Shown: positions 17,994 through 27,095 of the stretch, one piece after another | Position numbering within the stretch: position 1 is the first letter of the stretch | How the letters are laid out: every line of letters begins with the position of its first letter | Made by a program: the position numbers and the translations under genes | Assembly: GCA_034669905.1 (NCBI GenBank) | Contig: JAXMOL010000003.1 | Coordinates: forward strand, 64,001-128,000 | Length of the DNA: 64,000 nt | Source: Candidatus Hydrogenedentota bacterium | GTDB taxonomy: Bacteria; Hydrogenedentota; Hydrogenedentia; Hydrogenedentales; JAEUWI01 | Reading direction: 5' to 3' | Notes under the pieces: model-generated | What the model saw: the letters and a program-made list of their open reading frames with translations, nothing else | What the model was told of the DNA's origin: nothing | Databases searched by the model: none

Positions 17994-19547
17994 TTACCAG
18001 AGGGGTTTGATTTCTCCGGATTTCAGTCGTGCGATGTATTCCCGCTTCATTTTCTTGACCTTGGCGGAAAGGAAGACCATTCCGATGATGTTGGGGAAGG
18101 CCATCGACAAGAGCATCATGTCGGCGAAATCTACCACACTGTTCAGGCTGAGCATGGGGCCCACGATGGCGACCAGCACGTAGGCAATACGATAGGGGCC
18201 CACGGCCTTCTTACCAAAGAGGTATTCCACGGCCCGCTCACCATAATAGGACCAGGCGATTAGCGTGGAGTAGGCGAATACAAACACGGCGACAGCGAGG
18301 AACCAGCTGAAGTGGGGCGATAAGGTTTCGAAGGCGCGGGCGGTGATTTCCACGCCGTCTCCCGATTCGTCGCCCAGATGGGCACCCGTAATCAGAATGG
18401 CCAGGGCCGTCATGGTGCAGACGACGATGGTATCGATGAAGGGTCCCAACATGGCGACCAGGCCTTCACGCACGGGCTCTTTCGTCTTGGCCGCTGCGTG
18501 GGCGATAGCTGCTGAACCGAGGCCCGCTTCGTTGGAGAAGGCGGCCCGCTTCATGCCCTGGACCAGGACGCCGATGAAGCCACCAAAAGCGGCTTCGGGC
18601 GAAAAGGCCTGGGTGAAAATGCTGAGGAACATGGGCGGGACGGCGGTAATATTGGCCAGCACGATCAGGAGACAGACGGCCACATAGCCGAGACACATGG
18701 CCGGTACGAGCTTGGATGTCACATCACCGATACGCTTGATGCCGCCAATGATCACCACCCCGACGAGAATGGCCATAAGCACGCCGAAAATGGGCTTAAA
18801 GATGGGGAGGTCTTCCAGGCCCGCAATGCGGGAAATGACCGAATAGGTCTGGTTGGTCTGGAACATGTTGCCGCCACCAAAGGAGGCAAAAATGGTCAGC
18901 ACCGCGAAGAGGGGACTGAAAATGGCCCCGAGCCATGCCAGGCTGGGAACCTGTTCGGCGATGCCCTTTTTGAGATAGACCATGGGGCCGCCCATGACGT
19001 GGCCGTCTTCGTCCACTTCGCGGTAGGTCTGGGCGAGGGTGCAGGAGGAAAACTTCATGCTCATGCCGAAGAAGGCGGTGAGCCACATCCAGAAAATAGC
19101 GCCCGGGCCACCGGCCGTAATCGCCAGCGCCACACCGGCGATGTTTCCCAGACCGACGGTGGCGGCCAGCGCCGAGGTAAGGGCCTTAAAGTGCGAGATT
19201 TCCCCCGGGTCGTTGGGGTCGTCATAACGGCCACGGACCACGTCAATGGCATGACGAAACATGCGGACATTGATGTAGCGGTAGCGGGTACTGAAGAAGA
19301 TGCCGCCGGAGACCAGCACCACGATGATCATCGGCACTCCAAAGACATCAAAAAACAGTACGGGGGCCAGGATATTGCCAACAATCCAGCCGAAAACAGC
19401 GTCAATCTGCTGCTGAATATCGACCGTCTTAGTGGCGGCCTCTTCCATAGCGTCTTGCGCCTGTGCGGAAGTATGCATGGCCATAAGAAGGAGTGGGGCG
19501 ATCCATCCTCTTTTACACAACCCTAACCAAGCGATGGGTTTTCTCAT
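17994..19547 (-). CDS. Alanine/glycine:cation symporter (AGCS family)
   Basis: ATVGLGNIAGVA, GGPGAIFWM, GGPMVY, FSNEAGLGS and DTIVVCT motifs. Confidence 0.92.
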   Translation of the reverse strand: MRKPIAWLGLCKRGWIAPLLLMAMHTSAQAQDAMEEAATKTVDIQQQIDAVFGWIVGNILAPVLFFDVFGVPMIIVVLVSGGIFFSTRYRYINVRMFRHAIDVVRGRYDDPNDPGEISHFKALTSALAATVGLGNIAGVALAITAGGPGAIFWMWLTAFFGMSMKFSSCTLAQTYREVDEDGHVMGGPMVYLKKGIAEQVPSLAWLGAIFSPLFAVLTIFASFGGGNMFQTNQTYSVISRIAGLEDLPIFKPIFGVLMAILVGVVIIGGIKRIGDVTSKLVPAMCLGYVAVCLLIVLANITAVPPMFLSIFTQAFSPEAAFGGFIGVLVQGMKRAAFSNEAGLGSAAIAHAAAKTKEPVREGLVAMLGPFIDTIVVCTMTALAILITGAHLGDESGDGVEITARAFETLSPHFSWFLAVAVFVFAYSTLIAWSYYGERAVEYLFGKKAVGPYRIAYVLVAIVGPMLSLNSVVDFADMMLLSMAFPNIIGMVFLSAKVKKMKREYIARLKSGEIKPLW

Positions 19548-19719
19548 TAAGTGAATTCCTTCAGTAGACTACGTTTTGACGCGCTTCCCCGACCACCGGT
19601 AGTCATAGACTGCCGCTAATAAACGCACCACACACTGCCACGGTTATAACGTGGTCCGAACCAACGAATCAAGGTGAGGCCCGGTCTCCCCGAAGCATGA
19701 CCTGGCCCGAACAGGAGGG

Positions 19720-19748
19720 TTGACGGACCGCCCAAGTTGTACTATACT
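19720..19748 (+). promoter_or_regulatory. sigma70-type promoter
   Basis: TTGACG-17 nt-TATACT. Confidence 0.65.
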
Positions 19749-19867
19749 CACTAATCAGGGTTTTCTTTTTTCTCGGAGTAACCGATTAGAAGCCTCCCAG
19801 CACGTTCCCATACGTAATTCATTGCAGACGCCCTCATGAAGTCCCCGAACTGCTGGAGAATTTAATC

Positions 19868-20062
19868 GTGGCCGTGTTTAAATTTAGCGCATATACTGCA
19901 GGCAAAGAAGATGAAGACCACTATGAGAAAGGAACCGTAGTCGCACGTGACCAGGCTGATGCCATGGAGAAACTGCGTCGGGAGCGATTTACCCGGATTA
20001 AACTGAAACAAATGCGCGGCGTAAAGGCACTGCTCCATCAATTTACCGCAGATGTCCGATAG
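19868..20062 (+). CDS. Small protein resembling the N-terminal cytoplasmic subdomain of PilC/GspF
   Basis: GGAGA RBS; own promoter; MAVFKFSA..KGTVVARDQADAMEKLR pattern. Confidence 0.6.
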   Translation: MAVFKFSAYTAGKEDEDHYEKGTVVARDQADAMEKLRRERFTRIKLKQMRGVKALLHQFTADVR

Positions 20063-20150
20063 CAAACGGGGGGCTCCCTCGTTCGCCAGACCCGCAGAGG
20101 CCACTGCTGTGCCTCGTTAACCCCCTTTATCGCCCTGGAGACGGACCCCT

Positions 20151-20927
20151 TCAGCGATTGCGGGCCGCCCGGTGTTCCACCAGGGCGACCGCGAGCACAT
20201 CGACCGATCGGGCCTTGGCCCGCATGAGTGCCCGGGCACATTCGATCACCGTCCCTCCAGATGTGACCACATCGTCGATGAGCAAGACCCGTTGACCTTC
20301 GAAGGCCCCGCCCACTGCGGCAAAGGCCCCCCGCACATTTTCTGCCCGTTTCGCGCCCGCCAGTTTGCTCTGCGTCCGGGTGGGCCGAATACGTTTCAGG
20401 TCCTCACACAAGCATGCGTGGGGAAAGGTGGATTCACAGGCGCGGGCCAGCAAGGTGGATTGGTTAAATCCCCGCTCGCGCCGTCGCACGGGGTGCAGGG
20501 GCACGGGAACGAGTAAATCGTAGGTGTTAAGGTCCATCCAGGCGGCGGCAAATTGGGTCATGGCTTCTCCCAGCGGACCCGCCAGTCGGTACTTGTCCTC
20601 AAATTTCAGGGCCTGAATGGCATCGGCGATGATGCCCTCGTACAGGGCGGTCCCGTAGATGCGGCCGATGGGGTCGGGCGGGGTATCCCGACAATCGCTG
20701 CACAAGAAATTTCTCCGATTGCCCAGGCCCACCATGGCGGTGTGGGGGCGTCCGCAACGGGGACACCAGGGCGGCTCAATGGGCTCGGCGAGCTCCCAGC
20801 AGGTGGGGCAGAAATACCCGTTTTCTTCGGTCAGGAGACGCATCCGACAGGAACGGCAGAATATCGGAAAGAACAGGTTTTTCGCCGCGAGGCGCCAGGG
20901 GGCAGTGGTCGTGTTTGTATCCAACAA
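20151..20927 (-). CDS. comF: ComF family protein (double zinc ribbon + phosphoribosyltransferase)
   Basis: Four CxxC pairs; VPVPLH, RERGFNQ and LLIDDVVTSGGT motifs. Confidence 0.9.
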   Translation of the reverse strand: MLDTNTTTAPWRLAAKNLFFPIFCRSCRMRLLTEENGYFCPTCWELAEPIEPPWCPRCGRPHTAMVGLGNRRNFLCSDCRDTPPDPIGRIYGTALYEGIIADAIQALKFEDKYRLAGPLGEAMTQFAAAWMDLNTYDLLVPVPLHPVRRRERGFNQSTLLARACESTFPHACLCEDLKRIRPTRTQSKLAGAKRAENVRGAFAAVGGAFEGQRVLLIDDVVTSGGTVIECARALMRAKARSVDVLAVALVEHRAARNR

Positions 20928-20948
20928 CAGTCTCCCGGTCGCGGCCGA

Positions 20949-23900
20949 TCAGGTGGATGGGGAACTCGCCCGCATAAGGCGGTGGCACACGTCGACCAAC
21001 TCTTTCTTGTCGATAGGCTTGGAGACGTAGTCATTGCACCCCGCATCCATGCAGCGCTTCCGATCTTCAGCCATGGCATGGGCCGTGAGCGCGACAATAG
21101 GCAGGGTGGCGCCTTCCCGTCGCAGGGTACTCGCCAGCGTATAGCCATCCATTACGGGCATCTGCATATCGGTGACCAGCAGGTCGTAGGGGGTCCCGTT
21201 TTCGTCGGCCGCCTGAATGGCCGCCAGGGCTTCCGCACCGTTCATCGCCATGGTCACCGTGGCACCGGCGTGTTTCAGGTGAAAAGCAATCAGACGTTGA
21301 TTTACGACGTTGTCTTCGGCCACCAGTATGTGGGCGGGGAGTTGGCGCGACGCGTCCGCCTCGTCCGGGGAGCGCGTCTCGGTTTTCGTGTGGGTCTCGA
21401 TGAGGTCTTTGACAAGCGGGGTATCCGGGGGAAAGCGAAGCGGCAACTTGAAAATGAAACGGGAACCTTTGCCCTCTTCGCTCCAGTCCAACCACACATC
21501 CCCCCCCATCAGATTGCTCAGGCGCCGACTGATAATGAGGCCGAGTCCTGTGCCGCCGTGTCTTCGGGTAGCGGAGTTGTCTGCCTGATTGAAGGGCATG
21601 AAGAGCGATTCGGCTTGCTCCCGTGTCATGCCAGGGCCCGTATCCTGAATAATAAAGTGCAAGCAGGGTTCCGTGTCCGAATCATGAGATTCGATGAGGA
21701 CGGTTACGTTGCCTTCTTCGGTGAACTTGGTGGCGTTGCCCACCAGATTCATGAGTATCTGGCGTACCCGGGTCGGATCACTCAGAATGGTCTTGGGAAT
21801 AGGAGTCTTGACCACGGTTTCCAGCGCGACGCCCCGCTCGGCCGCACGCATACGCATCAGGCTGTCGATTTCGATCAACACGCCGGGCAGACTGAATGCG
21901 ACGTCTTCGACCTGCATTTTTCCGGCTTCGATTTTTGATAGATCGAGGATGTCGTTGATGACCACGAGCAAGTGATTGCCGGCCCGTCGTATCGTGTCGA
22001 CGGCTTCTGAGCGCGGCGTGGTTTTCGGTGAATCTGTGGTGTCTTCGGATAGAATATCCGCGTAACCCAGAATGGCCGTCAGGGGAGTGCGAATTTCATG
22101 ACTCATGTTGGCCAGAAACTCACTCTTGGACCGGTTGGCGGCATCGGCAGCGAGCCGGGCTTCATCGAGTTTTTCCAAGGCCGCCGTCAGCGAAGCATTT
22201 TTTTCTTCAAGCGCCCGTTCCAAGGCTTTGTCGGCGGTAATGTCCTGGGTGAACATCATAATGCCGGCGACCTTGTTGTGGGTGTCGTACCAGGGGCGTA
22301 CTTCCCATCGCAGTACCTGATCGGCATCCCAGCCGAGCGGGCGCCAGATATCCATATCACAGCGCTCCGTCGCTCCCGCCAGACATCGGGTGTGAATGTC
22401 CCGCCAGCGCTGAGAGCAATTGGGAAAGACGTCATAGTGGGAGCGCCCGATGATTTGTTGTCCTTCTAACTGATAGTCCACGTACCACCGTTCGCTTGCG
22501 GCCTGGTAGATCATATTGCGGTCCAGCATGGCGACGGCGGCCGGTGCGTGACGCACAAAGGCTGCGAGGCGGGTGCGCTCAGCGGCCAGCAATTGTTCCA
22601 TGGTGACCTGCTCAGTGATATCGAAAATGGCGCCGTCGAGGCACCATGCGGGCCGCTTGTCTTTGCGGGAGGCCTGCCCCTTCTCGCGGACCCAGCGTAT
22701 CTCGCCGCTGGCGTGGACGATGCGATACTCGATCGTGTAGGGCCTGTCGGCCGCTACGGCGGCGCCCACCTCGTCGGCCACCATTTTCCGGTCTTCGGGA
22801 TGAATGACGCTGTCGTAGCTGCGGGTCTTATTGTGCACGAAATCGGAAGCCGGATAGCCACTCAGGGATTCGATGGCGTCACTGATAAAGAGCATGGTCC
22901 AATGGGTATCCAGCAGGCAACGGTAGGAAACGCCGGGGATGTTGTTGACCAGCGAGCGAAACTGTGATTCATTGGCGACCAGTTCGACCCGGCGCAAGCG
23001 GTTTACACTGATGGTCCACATCAGGCCGGCGGACAGCAGGAGCAACACCCCAACCCCAGCGGGAAGTCCGGCGCTTACCACCCGGTCGAGCACGGCCTCA
23101 TGATTGACCCAGTCGCTGTCGATGGCCACAAGAATCTGGATCCCCCCGCCATCAACCGTCTCGAATCCGCCCATGCGAAAGAGGCCAATGTACTGATCGA
23201 TTCGTTGGGTCACCGTGTAACGCGCCCCGGCGCTGACGAGGGGCTCGACGAGGGACGCCAATTCTTCCGTGGGAAAAGGCGCTATCGCGTTATTGGCATT
23301 GATGGATTCATCAAAATAGTGCCCATCATCGGTGACAAAATACATGCTGCCCCGTCCCCCGGCGATCGTGTGGTCCTTCGCAAGGTCGGTGATGCGATCA
23401 AATCGGATGCGAATGCTGACGACGCCGACCTGTTGTCCGGTCTCCGGGTCATAGAAGGGGGCCGAATGGGCGACCGAGAGGCCGGACGAATCGAAGAGTG
23501 CGGGGGTGATATCACACGATGTCTGAAACTCGAGGGCTTCCTCTCGGTGGTCATTGTTGACGCACTGACGCACGACGGCCGTTTGCGAATAATCCCGTTC
23601 CATGACCTTGGCGATGCGAAAAGGGGCAATGGGGCTGCCGTCGGCATAGTGGGTGTTGATCGCCCGGATCTCCCCCTCCGCATTGAAAAGGGCAATGGCA
23701 TCGATCTCGGTTGCGTCCCGGATGGCGTCATTGCACAGGGTCCGCAGGGCTTCGACATCGTCCTGCTGCATCGCACGGATGATGTCCGGATTGGAGGCGA
23801 GCAGTCGGGTCCGTTCCATCGCGGGGGCGACAGTGCGCTCAATGCTCCTGGAAAGTTGGGTGCCCCCGTCCAGCAGCGCCTGGGCCGCGGCGGTACGGTC

Positions 23901-24098
23901 GCCCAGGGGATTGGCCATGGAACCCTGGTATTGGTAGATGGCATGGCCCACGAGCACCAGCCCCGCAAGGGCAACGAGCAGTGCCGCTGTCCGGGTGAAG
24001 AGGACGAGGCGATCCCGATGTTCAGGTACGGAGCGTGCCCCTGCTCCTGCGCCAACGAGTCCCCGCTCGCTTCCTTCAATGTCTTCCGACCGTGTCAT
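20949..24098 (-). CDS. Membrane hybrid sensor histidine kinase (periplasmic sensor, 2 PAS, HisKA, HATPase, REC)
   Basis: Two TM helices; PAS motifs; FLANMSHEIRTPL, GNATKFT, DTGPGM, GGTGLGL; REC with EDN/DMQMP. Confidence 0.93.
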   Translation of the reverse strand: MTRSEDIEGSERGLVGAGAGARSVPEHRDRLVLFTRTAALLVALAGLVLVGHAIYQYQGSMANPLGDRTAAAQALLDGGTQLSRSIERTVAPAMERTRLLASNPDIIRAMQQDDVEALRTLCNDAIRDATEIDAIALFNAEGEIRAINTHYADGSPIAPFRIAKVMERDYSQTAVVRQCVNNDHREEALEFQTSCDITPALFDSSGLSVAHSAPFYDPETGQQVGVVSIRIRFDRITDLAKDHTIAGGRGSMYFVTDDGHYFDESINANNAIAPFPTEELASLVEPLVSAGARYTVTQRIDQYIGLFRMGGFETVDGGGIQILVAIDSDWVNHEAVLDRVVSAGLPAGVGVLLLLSAGLMWTISVNRLRRVELVANESQFRSLVNNIPGVSYRCLLDTHWTMLFISDAIESLSGYPASDFVHNKTRSYDSVIHPEDRKMVADEVGAAVAADRPYTIEYRIVHASGEIRWVREKGQASRKDKRPAWCLDGAIFDITEQVTMEQLLAAERTRLAAFVRHAPAAVAMLDRNMIYQAASERWYVDYQLEGQQIIGRSHYDVFPNCSQRWRDIHTRCLAGATERCDMDIWRPLGWDADQVLRWEVRPWYDTHNKVAGIMMFTQDITADKALERALEEKNASLTAALEKLDEARLAADAANRSKSEFLANMSHEIRTPLTAILGYADILSEDTTDSPKTTPRSEAVDTIRRAGNHLLVVINDILDLSKIEAGKMQVEDVAFSLPGVLIEIDSLMRMRAAERGVALETVVKTPIPKTILSDPTRVRQILMNLVGNATKFTEEGNVTVLIESHDSDTEPCLHFIIQDTGPGMTREQAESLFMPFNQADNSATRRHGGTGLGLIISRRLSNLMGGDVWLDWSEEGKGSRFIFKLPLRFPPDTPLVKDLIETHTKTETRSPDEADASRQLPAHILVAEDNVVNQRLIAFHLKHAGATVTMAMNGAEALAAIQAADENGTPYDLLVTDMQMPVMDGYTLASTLRREGATLPIVALTAHAMAEDRKRCMDAGCNDYVSKPIDKKELVDVCHRLMRASSPST

Positions 24099-24288
24099 AG
24101 GATGGAACCCGCCTGCCGAGATGTATCCGGTAAGAGCCGCTAAGAATCATATAATAGCATGATCGCAGAACTTCAGGGGTACGTCAACTGGTTAGGGGGC
24201 GGCGGTACCCATCGATGGGATAGGGGCCGTGGTGCAGGGGCGAGCTCACTCCGATTGGACCGGGGTGAGGAAGAGCGCGCCAGGGAAG

Positions 24289-25086
24289 TTATTGGCTCAA
24301 GAATCCGGTCAACGGGGAAGAGGCTTCGGCGGTGTGGCGTTCCGGGCCCAGGCCAGCCACATAGGCAAGGCGGCCAGCTTCGGTGGCCAGGGCAAAGGCC
24401 CTCGCCATGGGGCCGTGATCGCGGGCGTCGGCCAGGGCTGTATTGACGAGGACCGCGTCGGCGCCCATTTCCATGGCCTCGGCGGCATGGGAGGGGGCGC
24501 CCAGTCCGGCATCCACCACGACGGGCACGTTGCTTTGCTCGATGATGATGCGGATCATTTCTTTCGTCTTAATGCCCCGATTACTGCCAATGGGGGCCCC
24601 GAGGGGCATGACCGTGGCGGTACCGGCCTCTTCCAGCCGCTTGGCGAGGATGGGGTCGGCCTGAATGTACGGCAGCACCACAAACCCCTCTTTGACGAGG
24701 CGCTCGGCCGCGTGCAGGGTCTCGATGGGGTCGGGGAGCAAATAGCGGGGTTCGGGGGTCAGCTCAAGCTTGACCCAGGGCTCCAGCCCGGCAGCCCGGG
24801 CCAACTTGGCCAGGCGCACCGCTTCGTCGGCCGTCCGTGCGCCACTGGTGTTGGGCAGGATAAGCTGGGTCTTGGGATCCAGGGCGGACATGATGCCTTC
24901 TTCATCGGGCTTGCTGAGATCGACGCGGCGGAGTGCGACCGTAATGATCTCGGAATTGGAGCCTGCGATGGACTCGCGCAGTGCCTGTGCCGACGGGAAT
25001 TTCCCCGTGCCAATCATAAGGCGTGAGGTGAAGCTGCGGCCGGCGATGATGAGGGGATCGGCGGTGGAGGGGGTAGCGTTTGTCAT
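24289..25086 (-). CDS. thiG: Thiazole synthase
   Basis: [29 protein letters not shown] and VVVDAG motifs. Confidence 0.95.
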   Translation of the reverse strand: MTNATPSTADPLIIAGRSFTSRLMIGTGKFPSAQALRESIAGSNSEIITVALRRVDLSKPDEEGIMSALDPKTQLILPNTSGARTADEAVRLAKLARAAGLEPWVKLELTPEPRYLLPDPIETLHAAERLVKEGFVVLPYIQADPILAKRLEEAGTATVMPLGAPIGSNRGIKTKEMIRIIIEQSNVPVVVDAGLGAPSHAAEAMEMGADAVLVNTALADARDHGPMARAFALATEAGRLAYVAGLGPERHTAEASSPLTGFLSQ

Positions 25087-25305
25087 GGTGATAAATCTAT
25101 TCTGCGTTGGAGCTCAGCGTATTGGGGGCGTCGCGGTTGCGCGCCCATGTTATAGGGACGGCGGAGCAGGGCATTCCTGCCGTCGCTGCTGTCCCTGCCG
25201 TCTGTCAGCAACAGAGCAGGGATGCCGCTATTATGCCTAACGTGCGCACCGCCCACAACCCAAGTAAGGCTGAAACGTAGTTTGTGACGTGCGCAGTGGA
25301 ACTTA

Positions 25306-25334
25306 TTGATGGTCCCGCATGGCAATGGTACAAT
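25306..25334 (+). promoter_or_regulatory. sigma70-type promoter with extended -10
   Basis: TTGATG-17 nt-TACAAT with a TG extension; ATG begins 7 nt after the -10. Confidence 0.55.
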
Positions 25335-25340
25335 GTGACC

Positions 25341-25544
25341 ATGGAAATGAAGGTGGACAGGACAAAAGCACGATTGCTCCGGATGTCCGAGAGCGACGAC
25401 AGCGGTTTCGTGGAGGGTACACCCTCAGAACGAATCGCCATGGTGTGGCCGCTTACGTGTCAGGTTCTCCCGTTGAGTCACCCCCATGATTTTGAGCGAA
25501 GACTACAGCGACATGTTGCGCGCCTTATCCGACGAGAAGGTTGA
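25341..25544 (+). CDS. Small protein, putative antitoxin/partner of the downstream nucleotidyltransferase
   Basis: About 67 aa with TPSERIAMVW..RLQRHV; overlaps the next gene; ATG at 25341 or 25347. Confidence 0.55.
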   Translation: MEMKVDRTKARLLRMSESDDSGFVEGTPSERIAMVWPLTCQVLPLSHPHDFERRLQRHVARLIRREG

Positions 25545-25953
25545 GTATATTCTCATCGGGGCGCACGCGCTGGCGGCACATGGTGTTCCGCGGGCTACAG
25601 GGGATATAGATTTCTGGGTGTCGCCGACCCCAGAAAATGCTTTGGCTGTATACAGGGCACTGGCCAGATACGGTGCTCCGGTCGAGCAGATCACCCCTCA
25701 GGACTTTGAGACGGAGGGAATCATCTACCAGATCGGCGTTCCTCCCTATCGGATCGACATCGTCACCGCCGCGACCGGCCTCGACTTCGCGAGTTGTTAT
25801 GCTTCGGCCTTACAAACCGTTTATGCAGGTTTTGATGTTCGAGTTCCTTGCCTCGAAGATCTCATATCCAACAAGAAGGCGACGGGCCGACCAAAAGATT
25901 TTGTTGATGTAGAGGTGCTGGAGCAACGTGCTCTGAGAGGCAAACCGCACTAA
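25486..25953 (+). CDS. Nucleotidyltransferase (pol-beta superfamily, DUF6036-like)
   Basis: YILIGAHALAAHG.PRATGDID, RID, and LISNKKATGRPKD motifs. Confidence 0.8.
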   Translation: MILSEDYSDMLRALSDEKVEYILIGAHALAAHGVPRATGDIDFWVSPTPENALAVYRALARYGAPVEQITPQDFETEGIIYQIGVPPYRIDIVTAATGLDFASCYASALQTVYAGFDVRVPCLEDLISNKKATGRPKDFVDVEVLEQRALRGKPH

Positions 25954-25987
25954 AGCGCAAACCCGGTTCTTCTAAAGACAAGCAAGC

Positions 25988-26857
25988 CTACAGCGCCAGT
26001 GCCCGGCAGATGTGGGCCGTGGCCCGCGACTTATTCAACACGTAAAAGTGCACGCCGGGCACGCCGTTTTCCACGAGATCCTCAACCTGACGCGCGGAAA
26101 AATACACCCCTACTGAGAATTGGCCTTCGTCATCATCGCCATGGGCTTCCAGGCGTCGGGTGAGTTGCTCGGGCAACACGGAGCCCGACATGCTGACAAT
26201 GCGCTTAATCTGGGCCAGGTTGGTAATGGGCAGGACACCCGGCACCACGGGGACGTCGATGCCGGCCGCCACACACCGGTCGCGGAAGCGGTAAAAGATG
26301 TCGTTGTCGTAGAAGAGCTGGGTCACGATGACGTCCGCGCCCGAGTCCACCTTCCGCTTCAGGTTATCGAGGTCGGTCTGGGCATTGGGCGCTTCGGGGT
26401 GCACCTCGGGATAGCCCCCCACGAGAATACCCATGTCCGGATATTCGCGGTGGATGAGGTCCACGAGCTCATTGCCATAGGCCAGGCCCCCTTCCGGGGC
26501 GACGAAACGTTCCTCGCCCTTGGGCGGATCGCCGCGCAGGGCCACGATATATTGAACCCCTCGTTTCCGCGCTTCATCGATATAGGCCCGGAGTTCGTCG
26601 ACCGTGGAGCCCACGCAGGTCAGGTGGGAGGCCACGGGGATACTGGGGTAGCGCCCCATGACGCCATCCAGTACTTCCAGGGTTTTATGTTGGGTCGAGC
26701 CGCCAGCCCCATAGGTGCAGGTGATGAACACCGGCTTGCACGTGACCAGTTCGTCAAGATTTTCGAAGAGATTTTCCAGGCCCTTTTCCGTTTTGGGCGG
26801 GAATAATTCAAAAGAAACCACCAGGCGATCGGGGGTGTAGGTCTGAGATAACTTCAC
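25988..26857 (-). CDS. metF: 5,10-methylenetetrahydrofolate reductase
   Basis: SFELFPPK, TYGAGG, HLTC, ALRGD, YPEVH, TQLF and HFYVLN motifs. Confidence 0.95.
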   Translation of the reverse strand: MKLSQTYTPDRLVVSFELFPPKTEKGLENLFENLDELVTCKPVFITCTYGAGGSTQHKTLEVLDGVMGRYPSIPVASHLTCVGSTVDELRAYIDEARKRGVQYIVALRGDPPKGEERFVAPEGGLAYGNELVDLIHREYPDMGILVGGYPEVHPEAPNAQTDLDNLKRKVDSGADVIVTQLFYDNDIFYRFRDRCVAAGIDVPVVPGVLPITNLAQIKRIVSMSGSVLPEQLTRRLEAHGDDDEGQFSVGVYFSARQVEDLVENGVPGVHFYVLNKSRATAHICRALAL

Positions 26858-27095
26858 AACCGTCCTTTCAAGATAACGGTAAAGGGATCTGCTATACGAC
26901 TCTCGGAATGCATGCGCACATTGGTCGCGGTATCCAATCCGGAGCGAAATGGGTCCTTCAGGAATCCCCGCTGGGAGGGCTGATTTAACTCACTTCGCGG
27001 GCAATGGTACAATGAAAGTCCCGTTTCCGGGTAATCGGATACCCCATCTCAGGTGACCCGCCTGTGTCTTTCCCTATTGAATTGGAGCGAATTCC

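Noticed and set aside
19548..19860. Expected glycine riboswitch upstream of the alanine/glycine symporter
   Set aside because: GGAGA/CCGAAG/CUCUCAGG signatures not found on the minus strand
25235..25300. GCCTAAC resembling an integron attC end beside the TA-like pair
   Set aside because: No matching GTTRRRY at a suitable distance, no attC-like stem and no integrase
26975..27025. GCTGATTTAAC resembling the start of a SAM-II riboswitch upstream of metH
   Set aside because: No complementary P1 strand or GCUAAA 3' segment, and it lies upstream of the likely -10 element
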